46,673 nucleotides of DNA. Source: an uncultured virus (IMG/VR IMGVR_UViG_3300006120_000013) (taxonomy: Duplodnaviria; Heunggongvirae; Uroviricota; Caudoviricetes). Location: the IMG/VR virus record IMGVR_UViG_3300006120_000013; one strand, written 5' to 3'. This document shows positions 21,101 through 31,012 of this stretch, in pieces (position 1 is the stretch's first letter; each line of letters begins with the position of its first letter). The notes under the pieces were generated by a model that saw only the letters and a program-made list of their open reading frames with translations, had not been told where the DNA came from and searched no databases. A program made the translations under genes and the position numbers.

Positions 21101-22994
21101 CCAACTAACACAAAATAAAGTATTTGTTACTAGTGCTACAGGAACATTTAATGTTAATGACTTGCTAACATTTACTAGTGGTGGTACAGGTACAGTAACT
21201 ACAGGTGCATTAAGTAATCAAACAGGTAACTCATTTACATTGAATACTTTAACTGCACAACCTGTTGCTGGTAGTGTTATTACATTAAACGGTACAGATT
21301 CTTATGTTGTTCAAGCAGTTAACGGAACTTGGGTTAACTCGTCAACAGTAATAACAATTCTTTTAGCATCCACTACTGTTACAACATATGCAAATAGTAC
21401 ATCAGCATCTTTCCGTTCTCAAACATCAGTTGTTAAAGCAGAAGCACATGAGTTCTTCTATGTTGGTACAGGTGGTGTAACAAATACAAACTATCCAGGA
21501 ACTCCGTTATCAGGTCCAACTCCAGCAAACGAAATTGTTCAAGGATTACCTGGTAGAGTATACTACGAATCAATCAACGAATACGGAAACGTTAAAATTG
21601 GTAGTTATTTTAACGTTAATCAGCAAACAGGTGTTGCTACACTTAATCCAGCAGCATTTGCTATAACTGGTGCATCATCCTTACAACTAGGTGCAATTGG
21701 TACATTAACTGGAGCAACTATCACTAAGTTCTCTACAGATGGAACTTTAGTTAATAATAGTAGCCTTAGTGTTCCTACTGAATCTGCTGTTAAGACGTAT
21801 GTTGATAATGGTCGTACAACAACACTTTTACCAAATGGTTTCAATCTCAGCAGTCTTACTAGCATTGGTATAGTTGAAATTTCAAATGACGGTGTTAACA
21901 TTGTTAAGATAGATCAAAACTTAACTGCAACTACAAGAGCAGACTCAACATTTGGTACTGGTACATCATATGCAAGAGCTGCAAGTGCTAGAACTATTGT
22001 AATATATCCAGTTAGCGGACAGACTTCATTTACAGTATGGGTAAGTGGTATTCAATACACTTATACATCAATGATAACTGGAACATACGCAAGTCTAAAC
22101 AATCTTAATTACTTCTTCTTTGGACCAAGTGGTATAGTATCTTATACATCTGGAACTATTCAAGACTCATATTATGAAAGTTTAGCACTATTTGCAGTTG
22201 CAACAGGTACAGATAGCACTAACACATTTGCTGTATTTTCGAGAAAAACACTCGGAATTAATATGCCAGGTACAGTTCACCGTTATTTGATTAACTCTAC
22301 TGGTGCTGTATATAAGACTGGTTTAGGTGTTGTTGGTGCAACATCAGGTGCTACCACATATACTAATACAGTAGCAGGTTCTACCGCAGTACAAGAATTA
22401 ACACATACTTTTGCATCACTATCAACTAACTATTGGTTGTATAATATTGCTGGAGTATGGACTGTAGGTACTGCTGATAATAACTTTGGTTATTTAACAG
22501 GTGGTACTGCACAATATAACGGTTCGGGTGCATTAACAACACTCACAACAGGTCAGTACACAGTTACATATTTTATTGCTACAAGTGATAAAATACGTGG
22601 TGGTGTTATGAAACTTGTAGGACAAAAAGTATTCACATCACTTGCCGCTGCAAGACAGTCGGCATCAACTGAACCAAGAGACACAAGTCTTGTTGGTTTA
22701 CCTAACATGGATTTTGTTTGGATTGGAGCTGTAGTTATTAACTCAACGGGTGCTGTTCAGACATTAGATAACGGAACAACATATATTGATCTTCGTTATC
22801 AAATCATAAACGGCGGTGTTAATAGTTTAGGTTATCATCTGGTCAATGCAGCAGCATCAGACATTTACTATAATAATGCAACATCCGGTTTAGCAGCAAC
22901 AAACGTTCAAACAGCAATTGATGCTGCTTCTTCAAGTTTGACTAGAGCTAGAAGTACATTATCACTAAATACATTATGGACAAATGCCTGGTAA
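18117..22994 (+). CDS. Large fibre protein with 10 CBM5/12-like repeats and a beta-helix region (1625 aa)
   Basis: Ten ~50-aa GTW...T.Y...D.V..GG..Y......T....YW repeats; then VLYV...PFASIRYAC...KSGTYNE.LPITVPAGV; two inserted ~82-aa modules. Confidence 0.8.
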   Translation: MAEFKIGRLRFVWQGTWTTSTSYVKDDVVRFGGKTYVCLVGNTSGTFYTDLASGYWSLMADGFSYQGTWTTATSYKIGDVVRNGGQSYICVTGNTSGATFAGDSAYWNLLAGGISWRGTWTPATLYNVNDIIIFGAITFICTTANTSSSNFATDQSSYWTIFAQGTQFVNTWNNSTQYSADSIVTYGGYTYVSLQTNTGQVPPSSPSYWSVYTTGYSNQGTFSYGTTYKVGSVVQYGGNTYVAILDNTNQYPTNVTYWSIVAYGLNVRGTFSYGTQYNPNDIVVYGGTTYYALQANINVYPSALGSNWKVLSSGLSNRGTWSNSTNYFVNDLASYGANIYIATQDNTGQTPSTSASYWSVFNYGYNYAGTWTSSTAYKLGQVITFGGSLYQALSDNTNQTPGNVTITVTATTTGTNLITASSTTGLAANQPIVFASSVGNLVAGTTYYILSGFSGTQFQVSSTIGGTAFSLSTAGPVSISATQYGTTYWSKLSFGIKNRGTWVTSTSYNVDEIVIHGANVYISLIAHTSGTFSSDLSASKWQILASGLAWRNTWASSTVYYVNDLVVGPSGSVYIALQDNTSSGTFSTDLGAGYWQIFVQYNSFSPPSYSTPGTALTVASGGASLSWLNPTGSTNVLYVGPGGVDSVSGGYGTSLALPFASIRYACTQASSGYTIFVKSGTYNEFLPITVPAGVAVIGDNVRTTFVNPVSGTSVTTTVTQVSSTGNLITASSTASFIANAPITFSANLGNLVAGTVYYIVSGFGATTFQVSLTSGGSVFNPGTATGSISATQYGDLTGLIPNNQSTMFKLSDNTSLREMTFQNMTGWVPGGTANDITTSTPKGIYIGFNSGAITRPPSVSNCTTSTASGAIGAYLDGSVVTGLKTASFRYFNVQSDTGVGIWATNNARPEVITSATSYCYFSYAATNGGFIRLNNCKTNWGTYGLTSRGYLSSETAITGNVVGQQLNFTYNTGNINVGDTVTSVTSGGTATVIGVQLTQNKVFVTSATGTFNVNDLLTFTSGGTGTVTTGALSNQTGNSFTLNTLTAQPVAGSVITLNGTDSYVVQAVNGTWVNSSTVITILLASTTVTTYANSTSASFRSQTSVVKAEAHEFFYVGTGGVTNTNYPGTPLSGPTPANEIVQGLPGRVYYESINEYGNVKIGSYFNVNQQTGVATLNPAAFAITGASSLQLGAIGTLTGATITKFSTDGTLVNNSSLSVPTESAVKTYVDNGRTTTLLPNGFNLSSLTSIGIVEISNDGVNIVKIDQNLTATTRADSTFGTGTSYARAASARTIVIYPVSGQTSFTVWVSGIQYTYTSMITGTYASLNNLNYFFFGPSGIVSYTSGTIQDSYYESLALFAVATGTDSTNTFAVFSRKTLGINMPGTVHRYLINSTGAVYKTGLGVVGATSGATTYTNTVAGSTAVQELTHTFASLSTNYWLYNIAGVWTVGTADNNFGYLTGGTAQYNGSGALTTLTTGQYTVTYFIATSDKIRGGVMKLVGQKVFTSLAAARQSASTEPRDTSLVGLPNMDFVWIGAVVINSTGAVQTLDNGTTYIDLRYQIINGGVNSLGYHLVNAAASDIYYNNATSGLAATNVQTAIDAASSSLTRARSTLSLNTLWTNAW

Positions 22995-23027
22995 ATAAGG
23001 CGCAAGGATATATTAGGAGTATAATAA

Positions 23028-26000
23028 ATGACAACAGCGGCAAAATATGGCGCACAAGACTTAAACGGTAATCCATTCAATTACCAACAGTTAGTTCCAC
23101 TACCAAGTACAAACCCAAGTACTACAAATACCGTAGTTAATACCAACATCACTAACAGAGCAGCATATGATGCCAGAGTTAGAGTTGCTTTAACTAATAC
23201 CCCAATTGGATCACAAGTTGTTTCAAACGTTCATGGATCGCAGTCATTTGTTGCACAACAGAGTGCAGCATCAACACTTGTTGAAACACAACAAGTTTTA
23301 ACAATTGATACTGCATCAGCAATTACTAATGCATTTTCAACAGCATCATATGTTGTTACAGCAACTACTGAAAATACAAACGTTATTACAGTATCAAGTA
23401 CTGCAACATTTACAGTTGGTCAACCAGTTGTATTCAGTGCTTCGGTTGGTAACTTAACAGCAGGTACAGTTTATTATATCCTAACTATTCCTAGTTCAAC
23501 AACATTTACTGTTTCTCCAATTTGGAACGGACCAGTTCAAATGTTAACTACTAGTACATTTCCTATGATTGTCCAACAAACTGTAACTAACCTGTCAGTT
23601 GGTATGCCAATTAACTTCCACGGTACTACATTTGGTTATGCTTTTTATAACATGAACTATTATGTTGCAAGTTTACCAGGTGGTTCAAATGGTACAACAT
23701 TTACTATTTCATTATTCCCAGGTGGTCCAACATTACCTTTAATTTCTGCAATTGGTACAATGTCCTGCGTTCCAGTAGTTACTCCAGTTGCTAACCCACA
23801 AACCGCTCAGTATCCAACTGCAATGACTTCAGCAATTGCACTTAATACAACTGCTCAGTCAGGCTACTATAATACTTTACAAGGTATTACTGTAATAGCA
23901 TCAACAGCATCAACTAACGTATTAACTACAGCATCATTTTCGATTACTGCATCAACTGCTGCTTCAGGTACATTAGGTTTTGGTTATTTAACAACTAGTG
24001 GTAACGCATACCTCTTAACAGCAGGACAACCAATTGTATTCAACGCAACAGTTACTGGTTCTGCTCTTTATGCTAACATTACATATTATGTTCACTCAGT
24101 ATTAAGTTCTACAACATTTACTGTTAGTACTTCTTATAACGGTAATCCATTCTCAATAGCAACTAATGCTAGTATCAGTGGTGTTACAATGTATCTAAGT
24201 ACAAACTACCTTCAGACTAACCAGCAGATAATTTTCACTGGTACTTCTTTTGGTAATATTACTCCAAATACTCCATACTATATTTCAACAGTTCCAAGTA
24301 ATAACACATTTACTGTTTCAACTTGGCCAGGTGGACCAGTATTTCCTTTAACAACTACCACAGGTACAATGGTTGCATCGGCGTTTGTTCCTCCAACAGT
24401 TCCACAACTTGTTTTTGGTAGTTCTCAAGCAGGTGTAACTCTAAACATTAGTGCTACAACTACTGGTACAAACTTAATTACTGCTACTAGTATAACTGGT
24501 TTAGTAGCAAACCAACCAATCGTATTCAGTGCTAGTATTGGTGGTCTTATTGCTAATACAACTTACTATGTTGTAAGTGGTTTTGGTGGAACTACATTCC
24601 AGGTAAGTGCAACACAAGGTGGTACTGCATTAAGTTTAACATCTGGTACAGGTACATTAACTGCCCAAGCATTACCATATTTTAACACTTTTTCAACAAC
24701 TGTTACAGCAACTACAGCAAGTACAAACTTAATTACTGTAACAAATACATCAAACTTTGTTCCAGGACAACCAGTTGTATTTGCTTCTGCTGTTGGTGGA
24801 CTTAGTGCTAATACTGTTTACTATGTATTAAACGTTTACAGTTTAACACAATTGGTTGTTTCAACAACACAAGGCGGTGTAGCATTCCCTCTAATCACTA
24901 CTACAGGTCAGTCTGTAGCAATGTCTCAAGCAACTACTGGTTTAGCAACAAACCAACCGTTGCAGTTTGCTACCGTAACAATTTCAGTTACAGCAACATC
25001 GTCAACTGGTAATTTAATTACTTGTAATAATACTGTAAATCTTGTAGCAAACCAGCCAATAGTATTCAGTGGAACAATTGGTACTATTACAGGTGGTACA
25101 GTTTACTATGTGTCAGCAGTTACAGGTGGTAGTACTACTACATTTACTATCAGCCAAACATCGGGTGGTGCTGTATACGGCATGTCCAATGCTTCAGGTT
25201 CCGTAACGGCTCAACAAGGTACATTCTCTGGATTAGTTCCAGGACAGGTATACTATGTATACAGTGTTCCTTCACTAACACAAGTTGTAGTTTCAAGCAT
25301 CCATGGTGCGCCAACTCCTCTTACATTAACTACTGTAGCAGCAGGTTCTATGCTTGCTACATTCCAGTCAGTTATTCCTACAATTACACTAGGAACATCA
25401 ACTGCAACTGGTACAGTTTATCCTTTAAACAACACTTATACAACTTCAACATATTCAATAAGCAGCACTACTACAACTAACGTTGTTATTGGTTCTGCAG
25501 TTCCACTTATGACAGGTCAGCCAGTTACATTCTTTATCGGTGGTTCACTTGCTAATTCGAACGGTATTGTTGCATTTGTATCAGTTACAGCAACTACATC
25601 AGGAACTAACGTAATTACATTAGCAAGTGCTACTGGTCTTTATGTTGGTCAAGCAATTGTGTTTGGTGCTAGTGGTGGTGGTATTATTACAGGTACAGTT
25701 TATTATATTACATCGATTTCAGGTGCAAATATTACTGTATCAACAACACCATATGGTACAAACCTTACACTAACAACTGCTACAGTATCATTTACTGGTG
25801 TTCCAACTTATTACATCACATATTATGATAACCCAACTAACTCTATACAGATATCTGCAACATACGGTGGTCCAATTGTTCCATTAACAGCAGGTATTCC
25901 AGGTAGTAGTACAGTACAACATGCAACTACTAACCTTCTTGCTGGGCAACCAATATATGTAACAGGTACAGCATTCGGTGGTACTACTACTAATACTACT

Positions 26001-29000
26001 TACTATGTAAGAACTATTCCATCTGCAACACAGTTTACAATTTCAACTTCACCATTTGGACAGATCTCTACATTAACAGCAACAACTGGTACAATGCCAA
26101 CATTAATTGGTCCAAGACCAGTAATAACAATTCAGTCAAGTGTTTCATCAAACCAGTTAGCAACACAGACTTATGCAGTTACAGCAACTACAGCTACAAC
26201 TAACTTAATTACTGTATCAAATACATTTGCTTTAACAGTAGGTATGCCAGTTGTATTCAGTGGTGCTTTAGGTAACTTAGTCAGTGGTATGATTTACTAT
26301 GTTGCAAGTATTCCAACAGCAACAGCATTTTCAGTTTCACCAACACTAGGTGGAAATACATTTGCTCTTGCTACAGCAACAGGTTCTGTAAACGTACAAC
26401 AGGCTACATCACTATTGTACATTAACCAAGAAATACAGTTCCAAGGATTTACTTATCCACTTAGTACAGCAACATCAACTGGTATTACATTTGGTACTAC
26501 ATATTTTATTAACAGTATTGTGTCTACTACAACCTTTACAATTTCAACAGCACAAAACGTTGCCGGTACATCTGCAACTACTGCTACTGTAACAGGTGGT
26601 AACATAATTCTTGCTAACCCAATTGTTAATAACATTGTTGACGTATTTGCTTACACAACAAATCCTGTTACTGTAACAGCTACATCAAGTACAAGTCCAA
26701 CATATTATCTAACTTGTGCTAATACAGTTAACTTAGCAGTTGGACAACCAATTATATTCACAGGTACTACATTATTAGGCGGTGTATCTGCAAATACAGT
26801 TTACTATGTAAACTCAATTGCAAGTACTACACAGTTTAATATTTCATCTACATATGGTGGTCCAGTTGTAGCATTAACAACAGGTAGTGGTACGATGTCA
26901 GTTCAACAAGCAACATCTGGTTACTCCGCTAACCAAACTGTTATATTGAACTCACCAACTGTAACTATTACTGGTACAAGTTCATCAGGTAACTTATTAA
27001 CTTGTAATACTACAAACAACTTAATAATTGGTCAGCCAATTGTATTCGGTAATATGGCACAAGGTACTGCTAGTATTGGTGGTGTTGTTGCTGGTACAAC
27101 TTACTATGTATTAAGTACACCAAGTACAACAACATTTACAGTATCAGCTACTCCAAGTGGATCTGCACTTACTTTAACTACTACTTCAACACAGTTTGCA
27201 GGACAGCAAGGTATATTCGGTCAGCAATATAATACTAATGGTCAGAACTGGGTAGTTCAAAGTACACCAAGTTTAACATCACTTATACTTTCAAGAGTAG
27301 GTTCAAGTGTTACACAGTCTGGTTTAGGACTATTTCCACTACCAGCAGTTGCACCACTTGTAGTAACTGCTACATCAGGATCTAGTCCATATTATATTAC
27401 AATATCAAGTACTGCATCACTTACAGTTGGACAACCTGTAATATTTGTTGGTACAACATTTGGTGGTTTAACTGCTTCAGTTAACAGTCTTATTAACCCA
27501 ACTGTTTACTATGTAAATGCAATTGCAAGTTCTACTACATTTAACGTTTACACTACAACTCCAGGTACTCCAGTTGTATTAACAGGTGCTAGTGGTAACT
27601 GTATTCTTGTTCCGTTAAGTGCAACAGGTATTGCTACTGCTTATTCATACAACGTAACACCAACTCTTGCTATTGGTGCTACAACAACAAGTACTAACAT
27701 TTTAACTACACAGGCTTACAGCGTTTCACTAGGTGCATCAGGTACAAACTTGATATCAATATCAACATCAGGTGGTACAACAGCATTTGTACTTGGACAA
27801 CCAATTACATTTGCTGCAAATACTGGTAGTATTACAGGTGGTATTACTTACTATATCTCTTCGATACAGTCAACTACCACATTTAGTATTTCACAGTTCT
27901 TTGGCGGACCAGACTTGATTATTACAGGTTCCGGTAGTACTACAATGAACCAAATAACATCATTCTTACAGATTAATCAACCAGTAACATTTACTGGTAC
28001 ATTATTAGGTGGTTTGACTGCTGCTTCTAACTATGCTGTAACATACTATGTAACTAACGTAGTAAGTAGTACAACATTTGTTGTCAGTACTCAGTCAGGT
28101 GGTGTAGGCACACAGTTATCACTCACAACAACAACTGCTACAGCACCAAGCTTTATGATGGCACAAGTTGGTTCTTATAGATCTCTTAGTTTTAACTCAA
28201 CTAACAACGGTACTTCAGTACTGCAAACTGAAAGTTTTTCTGTAACTGCTACTGCCGCAATTAACGGTGGTCAGATGCTTGTTACAGCAAGTAACACATT
28301 TGCAATGTATCCAGGTATGGCTCTATCGTTTACAGGTACATCGATCGGATTTTTATCAAATAACGTTCTTTACTATGTAGTATCTGTATATGACGAAAAA
28401 AGATTTATTATTTCTACTGCACCAGTTGGGTCAATTGGTATTGCAACAAACGGTACAACTGTTCTACAGACAGCAAACGGTGTTGCACTAACACAACAGA
28501 CTACAACAGGTACTATGTCAGCTGTACAAAGTTTAGCAAGATTACAACAGAACCAAGCAGTTGTATTTTATCCAACTATTGGTGGTGTAATGATTGCAGG
28601 CTTAACACAGGGTACAATTTACTATGTTAACCCTACATTTACTAATCCAATGAGTGGCACATTGTCAGTATCAACTACACCTGGCGGTTCGGCATTTACA
28701 TTCTCAGCAGTTAACAATACTGGTACTACGGCGGCTATGATAATGGTTCCACTATCAACATGGACTGTTGCGTCAAACGTAATGATCACACAGCCAATGC
28801 CAATTTATAGTGGTACAACATCATCAAACGTGTTCACTACTGGTAACTTAACTATTGTTACAAATACATCATACGGTACAAACTATATCACTTGCTATAG
28901 TACATCTGCACTAGCAGTTGGTATGCCAGTTGTATTTGGTTCGGCTATTGGTTCACTAGCATCTGCTACAACATACTATGTTGTTCAAATTATTAACGCA

Positions 29001-30527
29001 ACACAGTTTACAGTATCACAAACTTGGGGTGGTCAAGTTGCTATTCTAACACAAGGTACTGGTGCTGTTACACTTCAACCGTCGACAGCATTAATGACGG
29101 TAGGTCAACCAATGTTAGTTACAGGAACTGGATATATTTCATTTACTAGTAGCTATACCGTTGCATATAATCCAGCTTTTTATGTTGCTTCGATTCCAAG
29201 TTCTACAACATTTACATTAGCTTCATCGTTAGCTAATGCGTTAGCAGGCACATCACTTGCAATCTCAACCACAACATATGGTTATATGACTATGACTGGA
29301 TCAACTGCAAACTACTTAACAAATATGTCAAACGTAATTGGTCCATCACAACCAATTGCATTTACTGGAGCACAGATTAACGTAACTATTGTTAACGGAC
29401 AGAATCTATATACTCCAAATAGTACAATATTATTAAGTGCTAACCAAGCAGTAGTGTTCACAGGTTATGGTTATACTAGCCAAACAAGTGGTACTATACA
29501 GCCAGGTACAGTTTACTACATTAAGGCTATCTTAGATAATAATACATTTACTCTAAGTGCAACACCAGGTGGTACTGTAATAACTTGGGTAACTGAAACT
29601 AATACTTTAACAATGCAAATTGTAAGTAACTTAGGTTCATCATTAATACCTTACTCAACTTACTTTGTATTGGCAACACCAACTCCAAATACATTCCAGA
29701 TTTCAACATCTGCTGCAACTGCAAGTGGTTTAACATTAACAGTACCGTCCGCTGTAACACAAACAGCAGGTAATACTATAGTTAACGTTGCAAGTAACAT
29801 TGTTACACTTGCTCAAGCACAGGGTGCAACAAATACATTCTTTGTACCAAACACTCCTGTAACATTTACAGCATATAGTGGTACAACGTTTGGTGTAGGT
29901 GCAACAGCAGGTACAAGTACATTCAACGGTGCTCCAGTTCCAGGTACTCCGTTCATAGTAACAGCAGTTGCTACAAACGGTAACATTACATTGAACACAT
30001 CTGCAGCTAGTTTACTAGTAATAGGTCAACCGATAGTGTTTACAAACCCACTATCACCGATTACATCTTCAACTGGTGTATCACCATTCGTGACATATTA
30101 TGTTCTTAGCATTTCAACTACAACAATTACAGTTGCTTCAAGTTGGCCAAGCACTACAGCAGTAACATTCTCCGCTGCTTGGTCTTCACAGTCAACAGTT
30201 GGTGGTTTCTATGCTATACCACATTACTATGTTAAAGCAGTACTTGATAGCAGAAGAATTATGCTATCGGCTACACTAAATGGTTCAACTTGGCCAATTA
30301 CAAACGCATCTGGTACTGTTCCAGGTAACTATGCTACTGGTACAAACATTATGACAATCAACTCACTACCGTCATATACTGACTTTATTGAGCACGATGT
30401 TTCATTATCACCAAACGGTACATTTGAAAGAACAGGTATACTTGTTCCTCCAAATACTTACTTGTATGTTTCAAGTAATCAGCCACAGGTAACTGCGGTA
30501 GCAATAGGTATCCAAGAATCAGTATAA
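23028..30527 (+). CDS. Giant Thr/Ser-rich repeat protein (2499 aa, ~27 beta-rich modules), probable virion appendage
   Basis: SD AGGAG upstream; about 27 copies (counted by eye) of a TNLIT...L..GQPIVF...G.L.AGT.YYV...TTF.VS.T.GG unit; very few charged residues. Confidence 0.85.
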   Translation: MTTAAKYGAQDLNGNPFNYQQLVPLPSTNPSTTNTVVNTNITNRAAYDARVRVALTNTPIGSQVVSNVHGSQSFVAQQSAASTLVETQQVLTIDTASAITNAFSTASYVVTATTENTNVITVSSTATFTVGQPVVFSASVGNLTAGTVYYILTIPSSTTFTVSPIWNGPVQMLTTSTFPMIVQQTVTNLSVGMPINFHGTTFGYAFYNMNYYVASLPGGSNGTTFTISLFPGGPTLPLISAIGTMSCVPVVTPVANPQTAQYPTAMTSAIALNTTAQSGYYNTLQGITVIASTASTNVLTTASFSITASTAASGTLGFGYLTTSGNAYLLTAGQPIVFNATVTGSALYANITYYVHSVLSSTTFTVSTSYNGNPFSIATNASISGVTMYLSTNYLQTNQQIIFTGTSFGNITPNTPYYISTVPSNNTFTVSTWPGGPVFPLTTTTGTMVASAFVPPTVPQLVFGSSQAGVTLNISATTTGTNLITATSITGLVANQPIVFSASIGGLIANTTYYVVSGFGGTTFQVSATQGGTALSLTSGTGTLTAQALPYFNTFSTTVTATTASTNLITVTNTSNFVPGQPVVFASAVGGLSANTVYYVLNVYSLTQLVVSTTQGGVAFPLITTTGQSVAMSQATTGLATNQPLQFATVTISVTATSSTGNLITCNNTVNLVANQPIVFSGTIGTITGGTVYYVSAVTGGSTTTFTISQTSGGAVYGMSNASGSVTAQQGTFSGLVPGQVYYVYSVPSLTQVVVSSIHGAPTPLTLTTVAAGSMLATFQSVIPTITLGTSTATGTVYPLNNTYTTSTYSISSTTTTNVVIGSAVPLMTGQPVTFFIGGSLANSNGIVAFVSVTATTSGTNVITLASATGLYVGQAIVFGASGGGIITGTVYYITSISGANITVSTTPYGTNLTLTTATVSFTGVPTYYITYYDNPTNSIQISATYGGPIVPLTAGIPGSSTVQHATTNLLAGQPIYVTGTAFGGTTTNTTYYVRTIPSATQFTISTSPFGQISTLTATTGTMPTLIGPRPVITIQSSVSSNQLATQTYAVTATTATTNLITVSNTFALTVGMPVVFSGALGNLVSGMIYYVASIPTATAFSVSPTLGGNTFALATATGSVNVQQATSLLYINQEIQFQGFTYPLSTATSTGITFGTTYFINSIVSTTTFTISTAQNVAGTSATTATVTGGNIILANPIVNNIVDVFAYTTNPVTVTATSSTSPTYYLTCANTVNLAVGQPIIFTGTTLLGGVSANTVYYVNSIASTTQFNISSTYGGPVVALTTGSGTMSVQQATSGYSANQTVILNSPTVTITGTSSSGNLLTCNTTNNLIIGQPIVFGNMAQGTASIGGVVAGTTYYVLSTPSTTTFTVSATPSGSALTLTTTSTQFAGQQGIFGQQYNTNGQNWVVQSTPSLTSLILSRVGSSVTQSGLGLFPLPAVAPLVVTATSGSSPYYITISSTASLTVGQPVIFVGTTFGGLTASVNSLINPTVYYVNAIASSTTFNVYTTTPGTPVVLTGASGNCILVPLSATGIATAYSYNVTPTLAIGATTTSTNILTTQAYSVSLGASGTNLISISTSGGTTAFVLGQPITFAANTGSITGGITYYISSIQSTTTFSISQFFGGPDLIITGSGSTTMNQITSFLQINQPVTFTGTLLGGLTAASNYAVTYYVTNVVSSTTFVVSTQSGGVGTQLSLTTTTATAPSFMMAQVGSYRSLSFNSTNNGTSVLQTESFSVTATAAINGGQMLVTASNTFAMYPGMALSFTGTSIGFLSNNVLYYVVSVYDEKRFIISTAPVGSIGIATNGTTVLQTANGVALTQQTTTGTMSAVQSLARLQQNQAVVFYPTIGGVMIAGLTQGTIYYVNPTFTNPMSGTLSVSTTPGGSAFTFSAVNNTGTTAAMIMVPLSTWTVASNVMITQPMPIYSGTTSSNVFTTGNLTIVTNTSYGTNYITCYSTSALAVGMPVVFGSAIGSLASATTYYVVQIINATQFTVSQTWGGQVAILTQGTGAVTLQPSTALMTVGQPMLVTGTGYISFTSSYTVAYNPAFYVASIPSSTTFTLASSLANALAGTSLAISTTTYGYMTMTGSTANYLTNMSNVIGPSQPIAFTGAQINVTIVNGQNLYTPNSTILLSANQAVVFTGYGYTSQTSGTIQPGTVYYIKAILDNNTFTLSATPGGTVITWVTETNTLTMQIVSNLGSSLIPYSTYFVLATPTPNTFQISTSAATASGLTLTVPSAVTQTAGNTIVNVASNIVTLAQAQGATNTFFVPNTPVTFTAYSGTTFGVGATAGTSTFNGAPVPGTPFIVTAVATNGNITLNTSAASLLVIGQPIVFTNPLSPITSSTGVSPFVTYYVLSISTTTITVASSWPSTTAVTFSAAWSSQSTVGGFYAIPHYYVKAVLDSRRIMLSATLNGSTWPITNASGTVPGNYATGTNIMTINSLPSYTDFIEHDVSLSPNGTFERTGILVPPNTYLYVSSNQPQVTAVAIGIQESV

Positions 30528-30536
30528 TAATTTAGA

Positions 30537-30561
30537 TTGTGGGGGACTAGTTCCCCCACAA
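30537..30561 (+). terminator. Strong intergenic hairpin (terminator-like or stabilising)
   Basis: TTGTGGGGGA-CTAGT-TCCCCCACAA perfect 10-bp stem; no U-tract follows. Confidence 0.55.
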
Positions 30562-30583
30562 CATTAACATTATAGAGAAAAAG

Positions 30584-30991
30584 ATGAGAAAACAACCTAG
30601 AATTAGTTCAGCACCGATAATACAATTACCAGCAATACAACAAGGATATTATTATTATCCGTTAGGTGCACCAGGTAATGGTACATATGCTACTATTCCT
30701 ATTAATACTGTAGGAACATTGATTCAGATGACTAACGCTCCTACAGCAAATACTTGGTATTTAGATTTTACTGGTGTTTCACTATCAATTAACTTTGCAA
30801 TAACTATAACTGTTTTAATACCACAAGGTGGCACAGCATATAATCCAACAGTTTTAGTAAACGGTTATACAGTAACAGTAATTGGTAGTGGTGCTTCAGG
30901 AACAACAAGTAGAACTAATGCTTATTATTATACAATTTTATGCACAGGACCTAATCAGTACTCTGTATTTGGTTATGCTCAACCAGTTTAA
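30584..30991 (+). CDS. Small virion protein, short paralogue of 31013-31921
   Basis: Shares MRKQPRIS.APIIQ..AIQQG, WYLD.TG, TVLI.QGGT.YNPT..VNG and TSR..AYYY.I.CT.P.QYS. Confidence 0.75.
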   Translation: MRKQPRISSAPIIQLPAIQQGYYYYPLGAPGNGTYATIPINTVGTLIQMTNAPTANTWYLDFTGVSLSINFAITITVLIPQGGTAYNPTVLVNGYTVTVIGSGASGTTSRTNAYYYTILCTGPNQYSVFGYAQPV

Positions 30992-31012
30992 TAACTTATA
31001 AGATGGGTAAAA

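Noticed and set aside
23028..30527. Diversity-generating retroelement (TR/VR) as the source of the repeats
   Set aside because: No reverse transcriptase in the window, no non-coding template copy, and differences are not adenine-specific.
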